From: Heteronotia binoei
Lineage: Eukaryota
DNA length: 64,000 nt
Direction of reading: 5' to 3'
Assembly: GCF_032191835.1 (NCBI RefSeq)
Contig: NC_083228.1
Location: forward strand, 70,866,001-70,930,000
Below, one piece after another: positions 1-11,075 of the stretch. Numbering within the stretch: the stretch's first letter is position 1; each line of letters opens with the position of its first letter. Both the position numbers and the translations under genes were made by a program. Below the pieces are notes generated by a model that had not been told where the DNA came from, ran no database searches, and worked only from the letters and a program-made list of their open reading frames with translations.

Positions 1-12
1 GGAGCCATATTA

Positions 13-1221
13 ATGCAAAGGGGGGACAACGGGGTTCTGCGCCCCTGCGCCTACATTTCACGAAAGTTCTCGAACGAGCAGAAAAATTGGTCAGTGTGGG
101 ACAAGGAGGCTTTTGCAGTCATGTTTGCCTTGAAAACCTGGCGCTCCTGGCTTGAAGGGGCCAGAGTCCCATTTGAAATCTGGACTGACCACAAAAATCT
201 CGAGGCATTGACCGGGCGCCGCAAAATGACTGCAAAACAAATCCGGTGGGCTGGGTTTTTCGCCAAATTCGACTTTGTACTGAAACACATCCCAGGTACC
301 AAGAATTTCTTGGCGGACGCCCTCTCCCGCCTGCCACAGCATGAGAGCCTCCGCGAGGAGGTGGTGGACTCCCTTATCCCCCCTTCGGCCATCGCGGGGG
401 GGGTCACCACCCGCTCCGGGAAGAGGATCGGTCCCCCGGAGCCAGACCTCTTGTCTCAGTTAGTTGCGGAGACTGCTCGGGAAGCAGACCAACCACCGAA
501 CCTCCGTAAAAGCGAGGACGGCCTCCTGTTGCACAACGAAAAGATCTATGTGCCCTCCTCCCTCCGCAAGCAGATTTTAGAGCATTGTCATTCCAGCCGC
601 CTGGCGGGCCATTTCGGCTATGTCAAAACCCTCAACCTCCTTACCCGACAGTTTTGGTGGCCTAGGCTCAAAAGAGACGTCTCCGAATTCGTCCTCTCAT
701 GTCCCACCTGTCTGATGGCTAAACGAAGAGGGGGTAAACCTCCCGGCCACCTAGTGCCCCTCCCAACAGCCACCCGGCCTTGGTCGGTAGTGTCTATGGA
801 TTTCATTGTGGAGCTCCCGCCGTCGCAGGGCAAAACTGTTATTTTGGTAGTGGTCGATACATTCTCCAAACAAGCCCACTTCATCCCCTGCAAGCAGCTC
901 CCCACGGCTAAAAAACTTGCCCAACTTTTCTTTACACACATTGTACGCCTACACTCGTTCCCAGACAAGGTCATTAGCGACCGCGGGACGCAGTTCGTTG
1001 CCAACTTCTGGCGGGAGTTTTGCAAACTTGCGGGTATTGAGCAGGGCCTCAGCTCAGCCTACCACCCCCAGTCGGACGGACAGACGGAGAGGGTTAATAG
1101 CCTTCAGAACGTAGCTGCGCCGCAATTGTTAAAAAAGTTTCACCTGCTGTACCCGCACAAGCCCAAGCCGCCACCCCCCGGGGGAGGGCGCTTAGGGGGG
1201 GCAGTATGTCAGAACTTGTAA
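13..1221 (+). CDS. pol: Gypsy Pol fragment: RNase H, integrase HHCC and DDE core, fused in frame to the chromodomain tail
   Basis: RNase H motifs CAYISRKF..WDKEAFAV..WTDHKNL; zinc finger H..GHFG..CPTC; DDE in SMDF / ISDRG / QTERVN; ends NVAAPQLLKKFHLLYPHKP, resembling the chromodomain C-terminus. Confidence 0.9.
   Translation: MQRGDNGVLRPCAYISRKFSNEQKNWSVWDKEAFAVMFALKTWRSWLEGARVPFEIWTDHKNLEALTGRRKMTAKQIRWAGFFAKFDFVLKHIPGTKNFLADALSRLPQHESLREEVVDSLIPPSAIAGGVTTRSGKRIGPPEPDLLSQLVAETAREADQPPNLRKSEDGLLLHNEKIYVPSSLRKQILEHCHSSRLAGHFGYVKTLNLLTRQFWWPRLKRDVSEFVLSCPTCLMAKRRGGKPPGHLVPLPTATRPWSVVSMDFIVELPPSQGKTVILVVVDTFSKQAHFIPCKQLPTAKKLAQLFFTHIVRLHSFPDKVISDRGTQFVANFWREFCKLAGIEQGLSSAYHPQSDGQTERVNSLQNVAAPQLLKKFHLLYPHKPKPPPPGGGRLGGAVCQNL
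1180..1206 (+). other. Polypurine tract of the Gypsy element
   Basis: GGGGGAGGGCGCTTAGGGGGGGCAGTA directly before the LTR. Confidence 0.75.
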
Positions 1222-1699
1222 CTTTATTATTGCTAGCTTAATGTAGAACCAGTATAATTGATGGTTGGCAAGTATGCATAGAGTGGACCTGAGCGTTGAA
1301 CCAGACCGACCCCATATTGTAACCTTTCTTAACCTGAAGTGCCTGAGTAGTAGTTAACCCTGCCCCGATGGTATCCAAAGTATTTGGGGGCTGTAGACTG
1401 AATAATGTTGTATCTCTGTACTTTCTCACACTGACACCCTTTGAAGCCGAATCGTGTGGCCTTCAGAGTAAGGAGGCAACGTCTTTGCTGATAGCACTGG
1501 TGGGAAGACAGATGTGCCTGTAACGGTGTGAATTAAAGCTTTGTGGGTTGTTTGTTTTACTATATAAAACTGGGCCAGTGCTGGCTCTCGCCATCACTGT
1601 TATCTTGTACCTTGTATCTAACAGTTCTTAGTTCTCTCTAATAAAATCCTAGCTTGGAAACTAAGTATGGGATCTGCCTGGAGTTCTTAAGTTCTGACA
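1207..1699 (+). repeat. Gypsy 3' LTR (493 bp)
   Basis: 11-bp terminal inverted repeat TGTCAGAACTT / AAGTTCTGACA; TATATAAAA at 1561; AATAAA at 1640. Confidence 0.92.
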
Positions 1700-2402
1700 C
1701 TGGGCCTCCTTACCCAAGTCACCAGGTGGCCTAGATTGCTGCCCCTCTTTCTAACGGGCTATTTTCCCTTAGAGGGGCCCTGACCCTTCTTGGGAGCCAT
1801 CCCTCCCTTATTAACCATCCCTTTTACCTGACCACCCCTTGAGTAACCTAGCTCCCACTGCTTGTCACCCCACCTGCAGGCAACCAATGTTCAATTATTG
1901 TATGTGTGGTGGCGGGGGGCAGTGCACCACTACCCTATTAACCAACAAGAGGGGGGAAATGAGTGTGAGTGCACACTCGTGCCCCCACAGGAGGGGAAGG
2001 GGGGTGAATAGGCTGCTGGCCTGGCACCTGCGCCCTTCAAACCCCTTTCCCGCCTTTTCCAAAAGCACCCCGACTTGCAAATACGGCTGGGACCACCAGC
2101 GCTCGAAGTCGCCACTCGTGCAAAGGATCCAGCAGCACCTCACAAATGTCCTCGCCGATGCCCCTCGCACGCACCGCCGTGCCCAGGCCCAACCATGTGA
2201 TCGCAGAAGCTCCAACGCTGCTCTCCCTCTGAGAGCCGAAGAACAACTGCCGGGGCCGGGGCCTTTATAGCCCCGATGCCACACCCAACGAGCCTTCCCC
2301 GGATGCCAGAGATGACAGGGCCAGCCTTCCCTGCTTCCGGGAGGGCAACAGCGGCCCCCAGCCTCTAGCTGGCGATGCCAGCCCAGCTGGGAAGGGGCCG
2401 AT
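1700..2402 (-). mobile_element. Degenerate Ngaro-family 5' fragment (A repeat, leader, start of gag), cut by the Gypsy LTR
   Basis: Minus strand begins GATCGGCCCCTTCCCAGC..GGCTGGGGGCCG..GCCCTCCCGGAAG..GGGGCTATAAAGGCCCC, like the A repeat of Ngaro-2. ATG at 1800 reads MAPKKGQGPSKGK*P versus MAPKKGQGKSKGKQP in Ngaro-2 Gag. Confidence 0.88.
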
Positions 2403-2483
2403 CTTCTCTCTGCTGAGAAGGAGTGGCCTGGGCCTCTTTGGCCTCCTATTGGCTGCCACTCCTTTCTCTGATGTTGACACACT

Positions 2484-2630
2484 GGGATGTATCCTTTGCA
2501 GGTGCCTCTGGAGAATGGTGGAGGACAGGTGTTGGGTGTCTCTCTCCCTCCAGACATTGCCATGGCACATCTGGCACTCTACCACACAGGAGTCACTAGG
2601 AAACATGTGGAAGTATTTCCACACCATGGA
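2484..2630 (-). pseudogene. BED zinc-finger coding remnant, probably from a hAT-type transposon
   Basis: SMVWKYF..VECQMCH..LSSTILQRHLQRIHP matches the BED pattern W.YF..C-x2-C..L.RHL...H. Confidence 0.75.
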
Positions 2631-3587
2631 CTGGAAACAAAACCCTGTGGTCATGATTGGAGAAGGTAGAAGGCACAGCTGCTTTCTGGTGCTGGGCTGG
2701 GAAGTGCCAGAGGGGGGCCTACCAATGACAGCATCAGGAGCATCAGGGAATTGGGATGTGGAAGGGGCAGATGCTTCACCACCACCCTCTGAATCACTGC
2801 CATTGGAGTCTTTCCTTCCAAATGGTGTTATCAACTTCTGTTGCTGGGGCAGTGCAAAAAACTATTTCTCATCCTGTGGGAGCTCCATAGATGGATCAGA
2901 GGAAGGAGCGTCCAAAGCCCTGCCCTGCTGATGATGTATTGGTTGTACTGTAGTGCAAGTAGAAATGAAGCCCAGCTAACAGAAAGACTGGGTGGCACAC
3001 AGAGCCCTGGCCCGGTAAACACACCCCAGCCCAGAGAGTTGATCAAAACAAGGAAAGAGAGGTAGAAATTGTAGGGCGTCCTCAGAGGAACCCACAGCAG
3101 AAGCCAAGAGCAATCCTCTGCACAGCAAAGCTGATCAATTTCCTTCTATCACTCTCTGTTCTAGTCCTTTCTAACTTGAAGCAAATGATTGCTGGGCTGC
3201 AGCTTGGACTTTATATAGTTTTCAGATCCCATAAACCCAAATGGGAGCTCTGTAATTGGCAGTGGCTGTCAAGCTTTGGAGATTCCCTATTGGTATTTCC
3301 AAGGCTGGAGAAAATTCCATCCCTTGACTTAGAGTTTGTTCATTCAATGCTGGTTTCCTGGGAAGTATATCTATTTCCTGAATCACCCACACCACCCCCA
3401 AAGTTTGTGATGTGTGTGCTTCCACAAACATCACTTCATGATTCCTGAACCAGCCAAAATTTGACACAAACATTGCTTCATGCTCTGGTTTGTGCCTGTT
3501 CTAGAGCAATCTACAATATATATATTCACCAAAGAGGCACTTTAAAAAAAAAAAAAACCTTCAAGAATTGTCACTATCAGAGAGAAA

Positions 3588-3854
3588 GGGCGATTTTCCA
3601 CACAGCTTACCAAGGAGCGAAGTCCCTCCTCACCGCGCAGTGTCTGCTTGGATTTCCCACCAACTGCTCCGCGGATTCAGGAAGTGCTGGACCTTTTGTA
3701 TCTCAAATGGAAATTGCTAAAACCCTAGTTTACATTAGCAACGCAAAAGGTCCGGCACTTCCTGAATCCGCGGAGCAGTTGGTGGGAAATCCGAGCAGAT
3801 GCTGCGCGGTGAGGAGGGGCTTCGCTCCTCAGTAAGCTGTGTGGGAAATCGCCC
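3588..3854. mobile_element. PIF/Harbinger-type MITE (foldback, 267 bp)
   Basis: About 110-bp TIRs starting GGGCGATTT(T/C)CCACACAGCTTAC; 3-bp TSD AAA. Confidence 0.88.
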
Positions 3855-6800
3855 AAAGTCTCATCTGAAGCAGACATTTTTCAATTGTTACTCCAGAAAA
3901 GAAGCAACTTCAAACTGTAGACTTTGCAAGATGCACAAATGTCAGAGAAGAAACTTAAAAGAAGCTTGATAATACAAATTTAACTAATGACTAACAAAGA
4001 ATATTTTCACTTTGAGGGGTGAAATGCGAGACAACCTAATTTAATTCTTCTTTTGACAATTATTAATGAACCCTTACAAATACAGAGACATAAGTATTGA
4101 TGAGATATGCTAATCTCAGTAGAGATAAGAATGAACTTGTGGGTCAGATTCATTTATAAGACTCTCAGCCGTACACATTTGTCATTGATACATATCTAAT
4201 AAAGTATGTAGAGACATCTTGATAACTTGTTTCCAATAAAGGTTTTTTTCCCCCCAATGACAGCATAATGTCTCAACTTATCCTCATTGCTCTTTTCATA
4301 ATTTACGCCTAAGTGGTTCTAAGTTGGAAACTGTTGAACATTTAAACCATCTTGAAGATACACAGGAAAATGCAAATCACATCTATTTTCTTTCATTTTA
4401 ATAATTAAAGGGAAACTATAGACTTTTGTCTTGCATTCTGCAACTCTGCAGATCACTGGATGTCTGATACATTTTGTGACAGTGTATTGGATTTGTTGTA
4501 GATTATATACATTTTCTGTACCTCCATAAGCATGCTTTCCCAAAAGAAATATCTAGGTAGGTAGACAGACAGGCAGGCAGACAGACGCATACATGGCCAT
4601 TAGAACCATGGATTGATTTGCCCCAGTGCAGCTTCAAAGGAAAACCGAGGCTGGTTAGGATGCAGCCATCCAATGGGAAGGCAGGAAAGATGATTAATTA
4701 TTCCTCCCTCACCTTGTGCTTCAGCTTTTGTTGCTAGCAGCTGAGGAGAGAGGAGCATACTATGGCTGGTCTTAGAGAACAATAAATGCAATATTTTCTA
4801 GTTTAAGGGAAAAGAGCACTCATCAGTCAAATGCAACAATATATCTAATGGGACACTTAGCTAGGGAAGAATGAGGCTGTCAGGAAGCACCCTGGGATGA
4901 TAATAAAACTACGCATGGTAAGATTATATAGTATAAAGCAGTAATGGAAAACTGATTATAAAACTTAGTCACCATGGACATAGAAGTAATGTTAAAATTT
5001 AATATTGAACTTATCATATGTTGTGGTGAAAACTGTGCTGTTCCAAGGAGGCTGCAGTCCAAAAATGTTTACTAGAAAGTTAACACTTTCTGCATCCCCC
5101 TACTTCATTGTGTTGTCTTATAGTTTATTTTATTTGTCTTCATTGCTGCAATGTAACTGTTTTTGTGAGACACATCATGCATTGTAGAAGTGGAGTACAC
5201 ATTTCTTGGATTTTTTAATGAATTGATCAGTCATTTTCAAAAGTTATGGTCACTTGCTGGTATCAATGCCACATGGAAGCTTTCCTTTCCAGCTTCCAAA
5301 CGAACACCCTAAAGTATGAAACAGCACTAAGATGGCTCTTCATCTTCTCTCCAAAAAATTCCATTCTAGCATTCTCAGCATAAAGAGTCTTGTAAATCTG
5401 CTGTCACATCTTCCAGATCAGTCATTAATGGAAATATAATAACAAAGTACATAAACACATCCCAAGATCCTATTAGCAATGAAAAAGTACTTAAATAATA
5501 ATAAAAAGGTTCAGCTGCTGATTAATGAATCTACTTATTCTCTTGGCAAACAACATGAAAGAATTTACATCTCATTAGAAAATCAGTTCAGCAAGCAAAT
5601 AGCTTGCTGAGGTATCCTGAAGCAGGCTGAAACCTTAAAGATGAAAAGAAACATAAAAGTAGTTACATTTGTAGTTTGTCCTTCATTTATGCTTCTTTGG
5701 TAATAACCATGCATGAGGGAGACCCTGTCTCCTGAATGCTGTGTTTCTCTCTAAAAAATATCTATATACTTCCAATAAAATATGTGTGTGACACAGATAA
5801 CAAGCAACTTCAAAGAAAATCAAGAACCCAATCCCACCACCTATAAAATCTGACTTTTTTTTCTATGTAGAGTATACACACCCATCACATATACCAAAGT
5901 GCTCTTTCAAAGTTCTGCCCTTTTTGGTAAATGTGTCTGTTGAAAATGTTGAAAGAAAGATGAGCCTGGTCCAAACCTGTCCAAATAATTGTCTAGAAAG
6001 TATTCTTCCTGCTTGAGAAGAAACTCCTCCAGAATTCCTTTGACTGAAAACATGAAGATTCAACAGATATATAGGGAATATATTTATTGTAAACTAGACA
6101 TGTATCTCTATAGGTAATGTGAACACATAGCAAGAGAATTTAACTGCATGGGGAGACAGTAGTGTTTGACTTTTGACATTCTGGCCAGTTTATAATATAG
6201 GAAATAAGTTAATCAACACAGTCTGTAATAACCTTTTGGACTCATTTTACTGTTTAAAACTCTGGGTTCTAAACCCTTTAACAGTCTTCCTTTTTTTTTT
6301 TTTTAAGCTCCCTAACTCTCCAAATGGACTTGACTTACTTCGGAGTAGTTTAATCATTAAATCATCTGGCCAATATTAATATGGATGAGATTTTCCCTTA
6401 TGAAGGCAAAATGCTTCTTTCCCCACCCCCTCTTAAAAATCTTAACCAAATGTTTCATGTTTCACCAAAACTCTGTCTTCCCTTCCTAAACATGTTGTAT
6501 TTGCACTTCCCTGTTTGCAACTGCTCTGACCTCTGTCCACAGCCAGTTTTGTTGGCCCTGGATGAGACACTATAACTGGGTTCCTGTTCCCACTTTGAGT
6601 CCCTGTTGGAAAGAAAGACGTAATACAAATGAAGTAAATGAACACATATCTTGAATACAGAGAGCTAGATTAGAAAAAGCAATAGTGACTCACTCAAGAT
6701 TACACAGATTAAGACTGAGTGATGTTTTTTTTTTTTTTTTTTTAAAACCTAGCCATAAAGGTCCATGTCTAACACTATCATCAAGAGGTTTTCACTAATC

Positions 6801-8706
6801 TTTTTTTCAATTCCAATATAGCACATGCTGTGGGTAAACCAGTGCAACGGCTGATAATCACTAGGCAGTGGCATTTTCCAGATTGCCTTAATGTTCCATT
6901 TTCATTCGCCACGGTTACTGGTTTTTTTCCTCTTGTGTTCAGACAAGTTTCTTAACATCCCAATGCTGTCCTGGTCTTTCCTTTGTTCCCCCCACCCCAT
7001 TCTTTCCTAAACTAGTTTTCCCTGTGCTCCCCCCTCTCTCTACAGAATGAATTCAAAAGATAGCCTCTTGCTCAGAATCTGGACATTTCCCCCCACCTCG
7101 TGGATTGCTCCCCAAAACCAACCCAGAAAAGTCAGGTTTGAGTGATGACATTTTAAAAATATATTTTGCTTGCCAGTGTTGAAAAGTTTCAGTGCTGAAG
7201 GGTGCCTCCATTGAAATAGTCAGTCCCATTAAAAGGTCTGACACCAGCTCCTGTAGCTCTGCTTATACACAAAATTGTCTTAAAGCCAGGCCTCAGATTC
7301 AGCAGGAGCTCATAGGAGCACAGTTCCTGAAGCTTTCTGACAGTTCCCCCTCTTCCTCCCCACCTACCTTCTCCATTGAATAGTAGGTGCAGCTGTCCCT
7401 GGATTAGGAGAGCAGGCAGGCAGCCAGCCACCAGGGGCTTTGCCACACCCCCAGCAGCTCCCATTAACCCTTGGAGAAGCCTGTGCCACTCTTTCTCCAC
7501 TTCTTATGTGATTTGGGGCAGTGGGTGCCTTGCTGGACTTTTCAACTTGGGGGGAGGGCAGCCCAGGAAATCCCCAGGCAAGCAAGGCCTGCTTGGACTG
7601 GCTGGATCTCTAGCCAGCCCAAGCAGGCCTCACTCACCCGGAGCCCTCCTTTCTTGCATCGGGTTGCTTTTGGCAGAGGAGGGCATATACTAATGAGTTA
7701 CGTTAATGAGCTCCGCCACCTATTTTTCTACAGAATGACCCCTGCTTAAAGCCAATCTTGGGGCAGGGAGGGAAGAATTTTGTAACTCCCGTTCCTTTAA
7801 AACTGGCTGTTGAAATGACAATGCAAAGAGATACTTTAAAAAATATTAATCATAAGTCTCAGTGGGGAAGGGAGAGGGGAGGAGGGAGCAATATTTTGGC
7901 TATTTTGAATGCCTGGGATCCATCCTCAGTCCTCACTTTACACCAGAGTAGATGTACTGAAGTCAATGGGGCAACTCTTGTGTAATGAGATCGTGCCCTG
8001 CCCATGTGTTCTGGGGTAGGTTTGGGCAATGCTGACAGCTTCATCTAATGACACTAACTCTGAAGTAAGGCCCAGGGAAGGGAAGTAGAGTGAGGAGGAG
8101 GCTTTCATTCTCCAAAAAAAGGGCACAGGCCCTGGAAACTGGGGCAGGTTCATCCTGGAAGCATGATGATGTGTGTTGGGCAAGGAATGTACTTTACTTG
8201 GGATTGCACAACCCTCTTGAGGCTGTTGAAATGCTGCAAAACCCCCTCTCCAAAAAACAACAACAACAAAACACTGGAAAATCAATATTCAAGTAAATGT
8301 GAATGGATGGAACCATGACAGTGAACAATGGCGGAAAAACCCATATTAAGTTTGAACTGATAGCATGATCATTGTAATGGTCATGACACCCACAAAAATC
8401 TGAAAGGTGGCTGCAGTCCGAAAAACTCCAGTGTTTTGTTACAACACAGAAAATAGACTGCTTGGTGTTTTGTTCCCATTTAGAATGTAAAAATTAGACC
8501 TTATGGGCCATGCTAATTCATTTAAAAGAATTAAACAGAAACAATAGAAAAATGCTCAGTTTATTGAGACTGAAAGTAATGGCTAGATTTTAAATAGATT
8601 TGCAATTTAAAATTATTTGAGAATGTAATCTCAGGTATGGTAATCCTAAGAAGTACAATGTGTCAGAAAATCCCAGTTTTTTTTTAATATGCATCTTGAA
8701 GCTTCA

Positions 8707-9142
8707 TAAGGTTGCCAGGTCCAACTCAAGGAATACCTGGAAACTTTGGGGGTGGAGCCAGGAGCAAGGGTGTGACAAGCATGACTGAACTCTGAAGGGA
8801 GTTCTAGCAACCACATTTAAAGGGATCACATGCCTTTTGGAAATAATGAAGGATAGGGGCACTCTCTTTTGGGGTCCAATCTTTTTAAAACTTGGCGGGG
8901 GGGGGGAGGTGGAGGAGAGGCACTGGATGCTATGTTGAAAAATTGGTGCCTCTGTCTCAAAAATCAGCCTCTCCCAGAGCCCAAATACCCACAGATTGAT
9001 ACTCAGTTATACCCTATGGGAAGCAATCTCTATAGAGAATAATGGCGTGTCCTGCAGACATCCCCACCCCTCCATTTTCTGATAATCCTGAAGCGAGGAG
9101 TAGGCCTCCAAACCAGGGGACTCCCTGCCCCCAACTGGGGAT
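8707..9142 (+). mobile_element. hAT-type MITE of the TAGGGTTGCCA family (right end degraded)
   Basis: Similar along its length to 44824-45208. Confidence 0.65.
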
Positions 9143-9976
9143 TAGATTGAAAGAAAAACCCAAGGGTGACAAAAGACTTGAGTACTTAACAACATTAAAG
9201 TATTTAACATCTGTAATAAAGAGAAATATATAAAATAACAAAGCCCACTGTAACAAGGAAAATTCTACAAACAACAAAGCAATACAATATGCAGTGTGAC
9301 ACAGTGCAGTAACTCAGTACAAATGCAGGTTGCTCTTAACAAATACATATCAAGTCAGTCCGAAAGTGTGGCTCAGCCAACAATATTCTTCTCTGGCCAC
9401 TTCAGACTTGACTGCCTTAAGGAAGCAGAGCTGTACTGGTGATCAATAATATCCAGTTTCGTGCAGCCTTAGTCTTCAGCTCGCATAAATCTCAGAGCAA
9501 TGTCCCCATGTCTGAAATAAATCCAAGAGGGGAAAAAATATTCTAGCTGTCGGGATGGCTATCGCCCTCCTTTGGACTGAAATATGATCCTTCTACTCCT
9601 AGGCTCAGCACCTAGGCTGAGCCACACTTTTGGAGTGACTTGATATCTATTTGTTAAGAGCAACCTGCATTTGTACTAAGTGCACTGTGTAACCCTGCAT
9701 GTTATATTACTTTGTTGTTTGTAGAATTGTCCTTGTTACAGTGGGCTTTGTTACCTTACTTTTTATTTTACTTTTGTTCTTTATTACAGATGTTAAATAA
9801 TTTAGAGTGTTGTAAAGTACTCAAGTCTTTTGTCACCCTGGGGCTTTTCTTTCTTTCTATAGCCATATAATTATCCCAGGTCTCCTGCGCTTATTGATTC
9901 CCAACTGGAAACTGGCAACCCTAGAACTTCACCAGATAGCACTGAGTCATCTTGGTACTGTGTCATCTTGGTACTT

Positions 9977-10190
9977 GGGGAGGGACGGTGGCTCAGTGGT
10001 AGAGCATCTGCTTGGGAAGCAGAAGGTCCCAGGTTCAATCCCCGGCATCTCCAAAAAAGGGTCCAGGCAAATAGGTGTGAAAAACCTCAGCTCGAGACCC
10101 TGGAGAGCCGCTGCCAGTCTGAGAAGACAATACTGACTTTGATGGACCAAGTGTCTGATTCAGTATAAGGCAGCTTCATATGTTCATATG
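9977..10190 (+). mobile_element. tRNA-derived SINE (Squam3-like)
   Basis: A box TGGCTCAGTGG, B box GGTTCAATCC; body shared with 38864-38995 and 62830-63040. Confidence 0.85.
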
Positions 10191-10404
10191 TGTCAGCTTT
10201 TCACTGTCAAAAGTATTGGCAGAGGTACCTGAATTTCTGGTCATTACCAGCATAGACTGAAAATGCTAAACCCAGAGTTGAATGACAGCCCTTTCTGACA
10301 GGTCCAAGGATGGAATGATGTCCCTGGGATAGAAATCAGTGCTCTGCACTTGGAATCACAAACCTTCGAGAGGAATGAAATACCTTACACTGATTTCAAT
10401 CACA

Positions 10405-10682
10405 GAAGAAGAAGAAGACTGTAGATTTATACTCCACCCTTTTCTCTGAATAAGAGTCTCAGAGTGGCATACAATCTCCTTTATCTTCTTCCCCCACAAC
10501 AGACACCGTGTGAGGTGGGTGGGACTGAGAGAGCTCTCACAGAAGCTGCCCTTTCAAGGACAACTCTTGCGAGAGCTATAGCTAACCCAAGGCCATTCCA
10601 GCAGCTGCAAGTGGAGGAGTGGGGAATCAAACCCGGTTCTCCCAGATAAGAGTCTGCACACGTAACCACTACACCAAACTGA
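10405..10682 (-). mobile_element. tRNA-derived SINE, second family (Squam2/Anolis SINE2-like)
   Basis: Minus strand TGGTGTAGTGG A box, GGTTTGATTCC B box, (TTC)n tail; related copies at 19447-19723 and 63064-63329. Confidence 0.8.
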
Positions 10683-10808
10683 CTCGGAAATGACAGGTCC
10701 AAGAGTGAATGATGGCCCTGTGATTGAAATCAATGATCTGCACCTGGAATGGTGGAAACCTTAGAGTGGAATGAAATATCTTACACTGATTTCAATCACA
10801 GGGCCCAT

Positions 10809-11075
10809 CATTCCACTCTGGTGGCTGTCATTCCAGTCCCAGAGCACTTCTGCTATTTCCAGGAGCTGTCATTCCACTATGAGGACCATCATGCCAGTTC
10901 CAGAACATTTCTGCAACTCCTGGGATCCATTATTCCACTCTAGGGGCCGTCACTGCAGCCCTGGAGCACTTCTGCTACTCCAAGGGGTTGTCATTCTACT
11001 GTGGAGGCTGTCATTTCAGTCCCATAACATTTATGCTACTCCCAGAGACCATCATTCCATTCTGTGGGCTATCAT
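10809..11075. repeat. Degenerate 61-bp minisatellite, about 4.5 units
   Basis: CATTCCACT-like anchor at 10809, 10870, 10931, 10992 and 11053. Confidence 0.75.

Larger units (their letters stand above)
1..1699 (+). mobile_element. 3' part of a Ty3/Gypsy (chromovirus-type) LTR retrotransposon; 5' part lies outside the window
   Basis: RNase H and integrase ORF, then a purine tract, then an LTR with TG...CA ends. Confidence 0.95.

Noticed and set aside
2265-2834. 189-aa minus-strand ORF as a single gene
   Set aside because: It is a chimera that runs from the BED remnant across the insertion junction at 2402 into the Ngaro A repeat
5896-6043. Possible host exon on the minus strand (TTTTCAG|..KGILEEFLLKQEEYFLDNYLDRFG..)
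   Set aside because: Plausible acceptor, but the most protein-like frame hits a stop, I do not recognise the peptide, and no partner exons could be linked; needs BLAST or RNA-seq
9977-10050. tRNA gene
   Set aside because: A and B boxes are present but the cloverleaf is incomplete, and it continues into a repeated SINE body
10809-11075. CRISPR-like array
   Set aside because: Eukaryotic context, and units are degenerate along their whole length with no repeat/unique-spacer structure
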